A DNA stretch of 64,000 bases from Candidatus Woesebacteria bacterium (GTDB lineage Bacteria > Patescibacteriota > Microgenomatia > UBA8517), in the NCBI GenBank assembly GCA_013426185.1, contig CP058602.1:10231-74230 (forward strand), written 5' to 3'. The notes under the pieces are model-generated. The model was not told where the DNA came from and searched no databases. It worked only from the letters and a program-made list of their open reading frames with translations. Made by a program: the position numbers and the translations under genes. Positions 48,038 through 56,882 of this stretch are shown here, one piece after another; position 1 is the first letter of the stretch, and the number at the start of each line of letters is the position of its first letter.

Positions 48038-49249
48038 TTAGAGGGGAATGTTTGTGTATGCCACAACATGTGGTAGGCTAGAAAATGGAGCGGTAAGTAT
48101 TTTATCGTTTAAGAGATAGAACGGATTTCTTTTTTGATTTGCTTTGATGAAGCAAAGATTGAAGGTTTTGGCATATAGTTTTTCTATATCATTTTGATTG
48201 GGGTTTTTGTAAAGTTCCGTTTCAAAAATAGTTGTCCAAAAGGCAATTAGTGCTTTAGCTAAACTTGCTCTAAAAAGGTCTTCTGATAGATCTTTTAGAA
48301 GGGAGAATTCTATGTTTATTGCATCTTTCTCCTGAAAATATCTTCCTTTTTCAAGAGGATCTAGTCCATTTTGAAAATTTTTTAAAAAGCTGATTACGTG
48401 GCTCATCTCGTGTATAAGACCCATTATCTGATGGCGGAAGTTAGCATAGTTATCAATGGTTATTAAGAAGTTGTCTTTTGTCTTGTCGTATTTTATTGAT
48501 GTGGATTCGCCTGTTTTAATTTTTACTTTGGATTTAAAAGCAGAAAAGGATGGATATTTTTGGAACACGAAGTCAAGTGCTTCTTTTTGTTTTTCAAAGG
48601 GGAATTTTGCGAGCCTGCAAACAAAACAGGGTAGATTGTATTCTGAATAAAACCAAAAAGGCAAGTTGCCAGTATTAGGAAAAAGTTCATTATATTTTTT
48701 GATTGTTTTATATTTTTCGCTTTTAAATCTTTGAAAATCTTTTTTTGGTATTTTAAATTGCTTGAGAGAAAATTCTAATGGTGACATTTTTTCCTTCTTA
48801 AGAAAATATTCTATGCGAGTTGAAATTAGCCTGATGAATTTACTCTTAGCTTCTTCAATGGGGAAATTGAGGTCTTTCCATAATTTTTCCCTTTTGGCGG
48901 GAGAAGTATTGTTTATCTCTTGGTTGATTCTATAGAGGAGAGGAATAGGAAGTAGTGAGAAATATTCGGATATGGCTTGAAAATATGGTTCTGATGGAAA
49001 TTTTCTGCGATCAATTTTTATTATAGTTTTCCGAGCCAGATCTTTTTCTAGATTTTCCCTAACCCAATAGGTAATATAAGTTTCTTTACATGATGTTTTT
49101 GGCGATTCTAGTCTTGTGTAGTTTTTTTCTGCCTCCTTGATACCTGCCTTTGCTGTTTGTTTAATATTATCTAATGAAACATCTAAGCCTGCTTTTCGAT
49201 ATTTCATCTGATATTCTATTAATATTTTTTCTATTTTTTGTGAGAGCAT
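48038..49249 (-). CDS. Hypothetical fusion: sigma-70 region 2-like N-terminus plus HExxH (M3-like) zincin domain
   Basis: IKQTAKAGIKEAEKNY...ETYITYWVR; LIHEMSH...FQE...FETELY. Confidence 0.6.
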   Translation of the reverse strand: MLSQKIEKILIEYQMKYRKAGLDVSLDNIKQTAKAGIKEAEKNYTRLESPKTSCKETYITYWVRENLEKDLARKTIIKIDRRKFPSEPYFQAISEYFSLLPIPLLYRINQEINNTSPAKREKLWKDLNFPIEEAKSKFIRLISTRIEYFLKKEKMSPLEFSLKQFKIPKKDFQRFKSEKYKTIKKYNELFPNTGNLPFWFYSEYNLPCFVCRLAKFPFEKQKEALDFVFQKYPSFSAFKSKVKIKTGESTSIKYDKTKDNFLITIDNYANFRHQIMGLIHEMSHVISFLKNFQNGLDPLEKGRYFQEKDAINIEFSLLKDLSEDLFRASLAKALIAFWTTIFETELYKNPNQNDIEKLYAKTFNLCFIKANQKRNPFYLLNDKILTAPFSSLPHVVAYTNIPL

Positions 49250-49346
49250 CTTTTTAATTTTATCAGTTTCGGCAGAGGCAAGACAAAAATTAATTGAATT
49301 GTTGAATAGACTGAATATTTTGCAGTAAATTAAAGGGAAGAAAAGC

Positions 49347-49769
49347 TCATTCTTTGAGATATTCTTCGAAGAGCTGATGAATTAATTGGTCAATTTCCCG
49401 AGATGACTTTTGTTTAGAAGTACCTGCGGTAATATCGTCGAGTGGGCAAACTGTATCTAATATTTGTTCTAATTCTGGACCTTCTATATCTGAAAGACAT
49501 AGCTCATAGATTCTTGCCCCTAAACTAATTGTAAACTTTTGATCTACCTCACCCTTAAAATAACTTTCAAAATTGTCGCGGAGGAGTTTTTTAACTTCTG
49601 TTGCTGGAATAACCTCTCCTTTTTCTAGTCTGTGTTTGATATTAAGAGTCTTCCCGAGGTAGTTATCTATTTTTTCCCAATACTTATCCCGTTTTTCAGA
49701 AGGTAGCTCATTATTTTTTTGTTGTTTTTTCACTTTCTCCATTTTAATTTTATTTGATTGATTTGGCAT
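49347..49769 (-). CDS. Helical immunity-like protein (paralog 1)
   Basis: LLRDNFESYFKGEVD motif shared with neighbours. Confidence 0.6.
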   Translation of the reverse strand: MPNQSNKIKMEKVKKQQKNNELPSEKRDKYWEKIDNYLGKTLNIKHRLEKGEVIPATEVKKLLRDNFESYFKGEVDQKFTISLGARIYELCLSDIEGPELEQILDTVCPLDDITAGTSKQKSSREIDQLIHQLFEEYLKE

Positions 49770-49796
49770 TTCAAGACTGGTTTTTGAAAATAAAAG

Positions 49797-49862
49797 GAGG
49801 AATGGAGGCTAAAGCCTTCATCTGGTAGGTACAGACTTTACTCCTTTACGGAGCCGTTCCTC
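49797..49862. ncRNA. Four-way-junction RNA H1
   Basis: Closing stem GAGGAATGG/CCGTTCCTC enclosing three hairpins. Confidence 0.55.
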
Positions 49863-49952
49863 GTAAAACCTAATTATTTAGTTTTGCCCAATTTCTATCA
49901 GCTAAGAGTTACACTATTTTTCCAGAGGGAAACCAGTGCGATAAACACTTTC

Positions 49953-50876
49953 TTACCCTTCTAAGGTTCTAAGGCATTTATTAAGTGAGTTTCTCAATGC
50001 TTCTTGTTCGCCTTGAGTAGATAAATCTTTGAGCGGTTCTGTGGCTTTTATTATTTTTCTATCTTGAACAAAAACTGCCCAGTTGCGAACATCAAGTAGA
50101 GCTTTTGTTGCGATTGAGGCTGAAATTTTGTTGTCAAAATACTCTTTAATAATTCTTTTCAATATTCTATCCGATTTTTCGGGGAATACAGCGATATCGG
50201 CTAAGGTTTGGATTAGGGAACTATAGTTTTCTTCTGTTTCTAGAAACCAGTTGGTGGTTAGATCGGAGACTCTTTCTAATATGTGAATGAAATATTTCTC
50301 TTCTTTATTTTTGGTTGTTGGTTGTTGAAGCTTGTTAATACTGGAAACCGCCATTCTGGAAAAAGCAGCGATTTCTCCGAGGCTGGGTTTCTTTTTAGCC
50401 CTTGTAAGCGATACTAGCAAATCCTTTATTTCTGATATGCTCTTACTTTTTGAGACCTGATATTGGAGTTTATTAATGACTGTCTTTCTAATATGGTATT
50501 CTTTTGGCAGAGAGGATTTGTAGTAGTTAATCAGTTTTTCTTCTAAGTCTAGAATGTCTTTATCTTTCAGACTAAAAAGTTTTTCTTCCTCTAGTTCGTC
50601 TAAATCTAGTATTATCGATGCTAAAGCACCTTCTCTGTCAAGGAGATCAGAAAAGTTGTTCAATTGGAATCCTAGCTCGCTGATAATGTAAACAAAAGTT
50701 GGAAAATCTATCTTGCCTGTTAGGAAATCGTAAGTTGCCAGAAGAAAAATTCTTTTAGTAATGAGAGGACTTATTTTGTAGGATAAAAACTTTTTAAGAT
50801 AAGAATATAGTTGAGAATAGCTAAGGAGTTGGGTTTTGTTTTTAAATATTTTAATGTTATTTTTGAAATCCCTCAT
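49953..50876 (-). CDS. Helical immunity-like protein with repeated domains (paralog 2)
   Basis: IFLLATYDFLTGKIDF and IIKEYFDNKIS motifs. Confidence 0.65.
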   Translation of the reverse strand: MRDFKNNIKIFKNKTQLLSYSQLYSYLKKFLSYKISPLITKRIFLLATYDFLTGKIDFPTFVYIISELGFQLNNFSDLLDREGALASIILDLDELEEEKLFSLKDKDILDLEEKLINYYKSSLPKEYHIRKTVINKLQYQVSKSKSISEIKDLLVSLTRAKKKPSLGEIAAFSRMAVSSINKLQQPTTKNKEEKYFIHILERVSDLTTNWFLETEENYSSLIQTLADIAVFPEKSDRILKRIIKEYFDNKISASIATKALLDVRNWAVFVQDRKIIKATEPLKDLSTQGEQEALRNSLNKCLRTLEG

Positions 50877-50910
50877 AACCTTTTAAGATTTTAGATCAAA
50901 AAGGAAAAAT

Positions 50911-50982
50911 AGGAAAGAGGGCTGGGCTTTGGCCTACCATGGTGGCAACATGGGTATCTCCTAAGTGACAACCCTCTTTCCT
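50911..50982. ncRNA. Four-way-junction RNA H2
   Basis: AGGAAAGAGGG/CCCTCTTTCCT stem; GGC/GCC and CCATG/CATGG hairpins. Confidence 0.55.
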
Positions 50983-51009
50983 TGCCACTTGTTTAGTTGG
51001 TGACATGCC

Positions 51010-51246
51010 TTATTTTAATGGATGACGGCCCGGATCCCCTTTGGGAACATTCTGGTCTGTTAAGTGAATATTGGGTTCTCCCCTTAAGTTAAAGCTTACT
51101 CGTATGCCTTTATCATCAGGACCAGTTTGCCCCAACAGTGTAAGATGACCGGTGTTAGGATCAAGTATATTTATCTGTCTCCACCAGTCATCTCCCATTA
51201 TTAGAGAATCTCGTTGAGAGTTAAACAAGTCGAATAACTTAGTCAT
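51010..51246 (-). CDS. Small beta-rich protein, candidate toxin (cassette B)
   Basis: GAGGTG SD before ATG; R.S...G...H...Q pattern shared with 53413-53652. Confidence 0.6.
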   Translation of the reverse strand: MTKLFDLFNSQRDSLIMGDDWWRQINILDPNTGHLTLLGQTGPDDKGIRVSFNLRGEPNIHLTDQNVPKGDPGRHPLK

Positions 51247-51440
51247 CTCACACCTCACTTGTTAGAAATTCTTGACCGATGATGTGATTCGAGCTCTCCA
51301 GGCTCTCAACTTAGAATTACACCTCCAAAACTGAATTTAAATGTGCTTAGGATTTTTTCCCCGCTGTTGAGGTAAATCCTTATTTTTCTTTTAGCAAAAA
51401 AGGATAAAAGTCAAGTTATGGGGTGATTGATGGTGGTGGA
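51247..51440 (-). promoter_or_regulatory. Conserved structured leader, copy B
   Basis: Diverged direct repeat of 53653-53846; TTGACT...TGcTAAAAG; covarying stems. Confidence 0.75.
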
Positions 51441-51479
51441 CAAGGTCCGACACTGTCCTGACAAGGACGGACCTTGTCA
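51438..51479 (+). repeat. R2 variant plus R1
   Basis: GGACAAGGTCCGACACTGTCC then TGACAAGGACGGACCTTGTCA. Confidence 0.85.
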
Positions 51480-51590
51480 ATTACCCTTTAAGGGGTCTGG
51501 TTTATAAAAGGATATATGGCTAGAAAGTAATAAGGAATAGGGAAATTCTTAAGTCTAATTTATTAATTTCTTATCCTAGACGGTTAGAAA

Positions 51591-52007
51591 TTATAAAATA
51601 TTGTTTTTGTGTTTCTCGTAGTATTCTTTAAGATTCTGTAAATGCTTTTTGTAAATATCTTTATTGTGAGCGTCTTTTTCTTTATTTAGCTGGTAATAGA
51701 AAATCTCAGTTGCGCTAAATAAAGCTCTTGCTAACTCTTTTTCAAAATTAGCATCTATTTCAGATGGTTTGCCAATCTCGTAGTATAATTCACAACTGAT
51801 TGATGATAGCGAATGTAAGTCAATTTTCCCTTTAAAAAAGTCTCTTAAGGCCATTAGAAATATGCTTTTGATGTGCTCTTCTTTTATGAGATTGCCTTTT
51901 TTTACAACCTCCTTTAAGTATTTGTAGAAAGTTTCGTAAAAGCCTTCACTATAACATATTAAGTCTTTTTCGTCTTGTGCTTGAGATTTGAGATTAATTT
52001 TTGTCAT
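51591..52007 (-). CDS. Helical immunity-like protein (paralog 3)
   Basis: IFLMALRDFFKGKIDLHSLSSISCELYY...ATEIFYY. Confidence 0.65.
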   Translation of the reverse strand: MTKINLKSQAQDEKDLICYSEGFYETFYKYLKEVVKKGNLIKEEHIKSIFLMALRDFFKGKIDLHSLSSISCELYYEIGKPSEIDANFEKELARALFSATEIFYYQLNKEKDAHNKDIYKKHLQNLKEYYEKHKNNIL

Positions 52008-52213
52008 TTTTCTGTTTTATTGGAGAATAACCATTTTATTTTACACCTTTTACTTAAAGTTACTTAAAAAGAGGAAGTGGAATTTAATTCTTGCTTGGCG
52101 GCATTCAAGCTTACCCTTTCAAGGATCTGATTTATAAATTTTTAATTCCTCAATTTGTAGATCTTGAATTTCGGCCCTAAATCAAATAGCCTGTAATTGA
52201 TACGGTATAATAA

Positions 52214-52603
52214 GTGGCATATTCCATGACCAAGTCTGAAGAAACCAAGTTTTCAATCAAAGTGCCTTTGCCTAAAAAGAAGGTGGAGAAGTATCTACAC
52301 ACTTTAAGGCTCTCCTCAGTAAGGGAAGCTGGAGAGAGCAAGTTAAAGGCTTTGTTCCTTAAAACAATTGACGATTTTTTAACAGGTGATCTTTCTCTTG
52401 ATGAATTTTCTGCTATCTCTAATTATTTGTGGTAGGAAAGTGGAGTTGTGTTAGGAAAAGAAAAGAGTAGCAAAGAATTTTATAGCCTTTTACAAATGAG
52501 TGGGGAATTAAGCTTTTATATACGTGGTAGGACTAAAGAAGTACGAAAATCTGCTTTGAGGGTTTTAGATCTCATCTTTGATTATTACGGCAAATGTTCT
52601 TAA
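52214..52603 (+). pseudogene. Helical immunity-like protein (paralog 4) with in-frame TAG at 52433
   Basis: LFLKTIDDFLTGDLSLDEFSAISNYLW*ESG...LLQMSGELSFY...IFDYY continues to TAA 52603. Confidence 0.7.
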
Positions 52604-52703
52604 TTGAGGAAAACTGTTGTGATTTACTCTAGATGAAAGAATAAAAGTCAAATTAAGATGTGTTCGAAAATTATGATTCTTTTTCTTGATAAGAAATATA
52701 TTA

Positions 52704-53282
52704 CTAACGCCTTAAGATCTTTTCTGAAGAACTTCTGAGATATTTTATTATGTTTTTGAATTCTTCAAGGTGGTACCTACTTTTTCTACCTTTTTCGTTG
52801 TAGTAGTTTAGATCTGCTCCTTCAAGAACAGCAGAATTTAACGGTTCGGGCATATTTTCTATAAACCCTTTGCTCCAGAAAAGAGTTTCAAAATAGTCTG
52901 ATATTTCTGCATGATCAACCTCCTTGTTATCAAGCTTCTCTAGTAATTTGAGGATGAGCCTTGCCGTCTCCTCTTCAGCTTTTTTGGTGTTTTTACTTCT
53001 AAGTGCCTCTAGGATAGGTTTGATTTCTTTTTTTATTTTTGCCATTCCCCTTTTTATGTTTTTTGGTTTTTTTGCTTGAATAGTAATTTCTGGTTGGGGA
53101 ACTAAGGAGAAATTAACTTGTGTTATCTCTTTTCCGAGAAGAACTTTACGGAGTTGGGGAAGATGCAGGATTGTCTTTATGATTTCTTTTTTTCCTAGAT
53201 CTTCATCTTTAAATTTTGACACGTCGACAGTAACTACATCATATTTCTTTCTGTTGATCTTTAAGGTAAATTTTTTCTTCAT
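52704..53282 (-). CDS. Helical immunity-like protein (paralog 5)
   Basis: LLEKLDNKEVDHAEISDYFETLFW...EGADLNYY. Confidence 0.6.
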   Translation of the reverse strand: MKKKFTLKINRKKYDVVTVDVSKFKDEDLGKKEIIKTILHLPQLRKVLLGKEITQVNFSLVPQPEITIQAKKPKNIKRGMAKIKKEIKPILEALRSKNTKKAEEETARLILKLLEKLDNKEVDHAEISDYFETLFWSKGFIENMPEPLNSAVLEGADLNYYNEKGRKSRYHLEEFKNIIKYLRSSSEKILRR

Positions 53283-53310
53283 AATTCTATTTTAGTAGAT
53301 TTTGAGAAAA

Positions 53311-53386
53311 AAGGGGAAGAATTGAGAGTATTGCTCTCTACACGGTAGCTTTGTGGTTATAGCTTAACTGCACAATTCTTCCCCTT
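53311..53386. ncRNA. Four-way-junction RNA H3
   Basis: 14-bp stem AAGGGGAAGAATTG/CAATTCTTCCCCTT enclosing short hairpins. Confidence 0.55.
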
Positions 53387-53412
53387 ACTCAGCTACTTGC
53401 ATTGGTTTTGAC

Positions 53413-53652
53413 CTATCGATCGAATGGCCCTTTGATGGTGCCTCTTAGAAGATCAATGGAGATTCCCAGGTCTTGGTAAACGCCATGATAGTCAATTACC
53501 CGACCATTCTTGTCAAAGGTAATCGAAGTTCTTGCGTTGAATTCTTTGTTGAATTCTGTTATCTTTGTGGTCCCATCTTGAGAACCCCATATGTTAGCAC
53601 CACCTTTTGATCCCCGGATCTCAATATCTGGTTTTCCCTTAGGGTCAGACAT
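53413..53652 (-). CDS. Small beta-rich protein, candidate toxin (cassette A)
   Basis: GAGGTG SD; RTSITFDKNGRVIDYHGVYQD. Confidence 0.6.
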   Translation of the reverse strand: MSDPKGKPDIEIRGSKGGANIWGSQDGTTKITEFNKEFNARTSITFDKNGRVIDYHGVYQDLGISIDLLRGTIKGPFDR

Positions 53653-53846
53653 TTCACACCTCACTTTTTGAATTCTGATTTGACGACCGATTTAGAGCTT
53701 TCCAGGCTCTCAACTAGAATTACACCTCCAAAACTGAATTTTTGAACGTGCTAGGATTTTCCTTCGCTTTTGAAGTGAATCCTTATTTTTCTTTTAGCAA
53801 AAAAGAGGATAAAAGTCAAGTTATTGGGGTGATTGATGGTGGTGGA
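53653..53846 (-). promoter_or_regulatory. Conserved structured leader, copy A
   Basis: See 51247-51440. Confidence 0.75.
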
Positions 53847-53887
53847 ATGGTCTGACCCTGTCCTGACAAGAAGGGTTTTTTGGGGGG

Positions 53888-55189
53888 TCAGAGTAAAATT
53901 TGAGCTAATTCATTTGCTTTTTCTTGGCTTATGTCTCCAAGGAAATTTACATTCATTTTTTCAGATTTAAATATTTCTTGCGCCATCTTTTTTATTTCCT
54001 CCATCTTTACTTTACTTCTTTCTTTTGAATAATCCTCAGGACTCCAGATTTCTCCATAGTCCATCAGCTCTCCAATCAGATAGCCTGATATAGATTCGGG
54101 CGTCTCAAAGCTCATATACAACAATAGGTTAAGATATTTCTTTATTCTTGAAAATTCTTCCTTTTTTACACCATTTTCTTTTATATCTTCAATTACTGAT
54201 TTTATTTTTCTAAAAGTTTTCTCTAGATTATTTATATCTGTTGATCCATAAATACTAAGGTAGCCTAGGTAGGGGAAAAGTGAAGTGTAACTACCACAAT
54301 CATATGTTAGACCCTCGGTTTCTCTTAGTGCGAGCCACAATCTTGAGAGATGACCTTTGCCTAATATGTTGTTTAAGATATTGAGAACAATCTCGTGGTG
54401 TCTTTCTACTTCACACCAGCCGAAGGCTGGAAAGTTGATATTGAAATTGATTTGTTTACTTTCATTTTTTTGTACATAGACTGTAAACTTTGAATATCCA
54501 TCCTCTTGATATTTAGGGAAAACAGTTTTCTTACCTTTTCTTTCCTTACCGAAAGTCCTTTTGATTTTGCTTGTCACTTTTTTCTCATCAAATTTTCCAA
54601 TTACCGAGATTACCATGTTGCTTGGATTTAAAAATCTCTTCTTCCAGAGAATAATGTCTTTGTCTTGAATAGATAGAATGTGCTTGATATCACCGGTTAC
54701 AGGCAACTGGTATTGCGGTATATCTTTAAAACGATTTTGCCTTATTTTTTGATTAAAGACCCAAATAGGGTCTGTGTAATTATCATTGCATTCATTGATT
54801 ATGATACTTTTTTCTTTTTCAAAATCTTTTTTAGTGAAACTTGACCTAAACACGACTTGATATAGCAAATCCACGGCTTTGTCTGCGTTAATATAAGGCG
54901 TTTTTATCCAGAATAAGGTTCCTGCTAGAGTTGTTTTCGCGTTTGTACCTCCTCCTATCTCATATATTCTTTTAAATATTTCCTGATTTGTTTTGAATTT
55001 TTCTGTTGAAGAGAAAGCAAGGTGTTCCAAGAAATGAGCGATGCCTATATGCTTTTCGTCCTTGGCATAATAATTTCCGGATTTGATTGCAGAGGCTATA
55101 TAAATAGATTGTATTTCTTTGATAGGATAAAGTATTAAGGTTAATCCGTTTTCTAAAGTTATGATCCTGTACGCATTTTTTATTTTCAT
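53888..55189 (-). CDS. M16 family zinc peptidase (second)
   Basis: GIAHFLEH, SRLWLALRETEGLTY. Confidence 0.92.
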   Translation of the reverse strand: MKIKNAYRIITLENGLTLILYPIKEIQSIYIASAIKSGNYYAKDEKHIGIAHFLEHLAFSSTEKFKTNQEIFKRIYEIGGGTNAKTTLAGTLFWIKTPYINADKAVDLLYQVVFRSSFTKKDFEKEKSIIINECNDNYTDPIWVFNQKIRQNRFKDIPQYQLPVTGDIKHILSIQDKDIILWKKRFLNPSNMVISVIGKFDEKKVTSKIKRTFGKERKGKKTVFPKYQEDGYSKFTVYVQKNESKQINFNINFPAFGWCEVERHHEIVLNILNNILGKGHLSRLWLALRETEGLTYDCGSYTSLFPYLGYLSIYGSTDINNLEKTFRKIKSVIEDIKENGVKKEEFSRIKKYLNLLLYMSFETPESISGYLIGELMDYGEIWSPEDYSKERSKVKMEEIKKMAQEIFKSEKMNVNFLGDISQEKANELAQILL

Positions 55190-55229
55190 ATTTGTATTTT
55201 ATCATTTGATAGTGATTATGAGAGCGAAT

Positions 55230-55271
55230 GGACAATGTCCAACCCTGTCCTGACAAGGACGGACCTTGTCA
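55230..55271 (+). repeat. R2 variant plus R1
   Basis: Same pairing as at 51438. Confidence 0.85.
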
Positions 55272-55330
55272 GTTGGACGGCTAAGTTATAAAGTAGGAAA
55301 AGGATGTTGTTTAGTTTTTATTTTTAATCA

Positions 55331-56347
55331 ATGTCTAATTTTAAGATTCAACCAATGATATCTTATTGGGCTAATTGTTTTTTCTTCATTTCCAACCTCT
55401 CGGAGTGGCATTGGAGCACTAGGAAGTTTTATAACAGTTATTGGTTGTCGAGAACAGGTAAATTAACTTCAACTGAAAGCAAAGCCCTTGCTAAAGCTAA
55501 GGCTATTTTTGCTAAATATGGCTTTGGTGATAGATATTGGGGTTTGGTCTTTTTGAGGGAGCCTGAAGAGGAAGTTTGGGATAAAGCTAAAAGATTTTTT
55601 GAACCACAAGAACTTAAGAGTTTAGAGGAAATATATAAAGTTTTTAAACCTCGTTTTGAGGCAATCTGGAAAACTGACCGCGAAAATTTATTGGCTTGGC
55701 GTGATCGCTTTAATGATATAAGGGATAAATTGTGTCCCGATGCCTTGCTTTCTGATCTTGATGCTCTCTTTTTTGGTACTGAAAGAAAAAGAAAGCATAA
55801 ATCTGTAAAAGTAGTGTTTTTAATAAGCTTTCCTAATAAATTTGCTGGCGGCGGTGGCAACTTGGGACCAGGAGTAGTTACCCTAGAGCTTTCTCAGACA
55901 CCTTTAGAATATGTCCGTCCTGTTGTTCTGACTATGTGGCATGAGATAGCTCATTCTCTTTGGATGATAAATGGATATGAGAATATGGTGGAGAAGTTTG
56001 TTAAAGAGAAGGATGAAATGCTTAATTTTGATGATAGCCCTTCATTGAGGGTTTTTGTTAACGAAGCGGTCGCCGAGTCGCTTTTGCCTCATGGGTATTT
56101 GGCTCAAAAGCATTTTAATTTTCCATCTGATGAATATTTTTCAAAGCAGGAAAAGATTGTTCTAAGAAAAGAAAACAACGTGCTGGAGAAATGGAGGTTG
56201 TATTCTGCTTCTCGACTTGTGCCTTTGGCTAGAAAGTATGTTGAGGAGGGGAAGGTATTAGATAGCGCTTTTCTTGATAAAGTATACGAGCTTTTTGTTG
56301 AAGCAAGAGATCTAATTGGTATAGGTCAACTTAAAGGCCAAAATTAG
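55331..56347 (+). CDS. Hypothetical HExxH zincin-like protein
   Basis: GGGG...WHEIAH...NEAVAE. Confidence 0.65.
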   Translation: MSNFKIQPMISYWANCFFFISNLSEWHWSTRKFYNSYWLSRTGKLTSTESKALAKAKAIFAKYGFGDRYWGLVFLREPEEEVWDKAKRFFEPQELKSLEEIYKVFKPRFEAIWKTDRENLLAWRDRFNDIRDKLCPDALLSDLDALFFGTERKRKHKSVKVVFLISFPNKFAGGGGNLGPGVVTLELSQTPLEYVRPVVLTMWHEIAHSLWMINGYENMVEKFVKEKDEMLNFDDSPSLRVFVNEAVAESLLPHGYLAQKHFNFPSDEYFSKQEKIVLRKENNVLEKWRLYSASRLVPLARKYVEEGKVLDSAFLDKVYELFVEARDLIGIGQLKGQN

Positions 56348-56359
56348 GATGATTGAATA

Positions 56360-56860
56360 GGGACAGGTTCGGACCCTGTCCTGAAGTTTACTACAAATAC
56401 ATCGATGTATTTATAGTTGAAGAAGTTGAAAGTTAATTTGCTAGATTTTAATTGCGTAAGATGACAAGGACGGACCTTGTCAAGCACCCTTTAAAGGCCT
56501 GGCCTTTAAAGGGTGGTCGAGGATGGCCGGAGCTGGTAGGAAGCTAGTATTTAGTATCTTGTATTATGTATTATGCAGGAAATACAAGTAGGAAGGAGAA
56601 AGTAGTAAGTAGAAAGCAAAAATAAAAAGTTCAAAATTAAAAGTTCAAAGTTGGAATTTACTAGTTTGTAATTTGGAAAATTGGATAATTGTAGAATTGT
56701 TTAGAATTTAGGATTTAGAAATTAGAATTTGGAATTTGTATATTGGAATTTGTATATTGTATATTGTTTGTAATTTGTGATTTGTTTATTGGAATTTGTA
56801 ATTTTATTCTTTGTCCTATGTTCTTTGTTCTCTTTTTGTTTCCCCTTTGAAATTATTTTG
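56360..56860. repeat. R2, R4, R1 (56462), R3 (56487) palindromes and mosaic heptamer array A14
   Basis: Four palindrome families stacked, then TATTATG, AAGTAGA, AAAGTT, TTAGAAT, TTCTTTG modules. Confidence 0.9.
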
Positions 56861-56882
56861 TGAGAAGATATACTTTAGGCCG

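Noticed and set aside
49797-49862. H1-H3 as real tRNA genes
   Set aside because: No TTCRA T loop, no GG D loop, no canonical arm lengths.
52433-52435. Stop-codon reassignment or pyrrolysine
   Set aside because: TAG and TGA end many conserved genes here (leuS, argS, comEA); a single nonsense change is simpler.
49797-53386. Integron cassette array with attC sites
   Set aside because: The hairpins lack RYYYAAC/GTTRRRY ends and no integron integrase is present.
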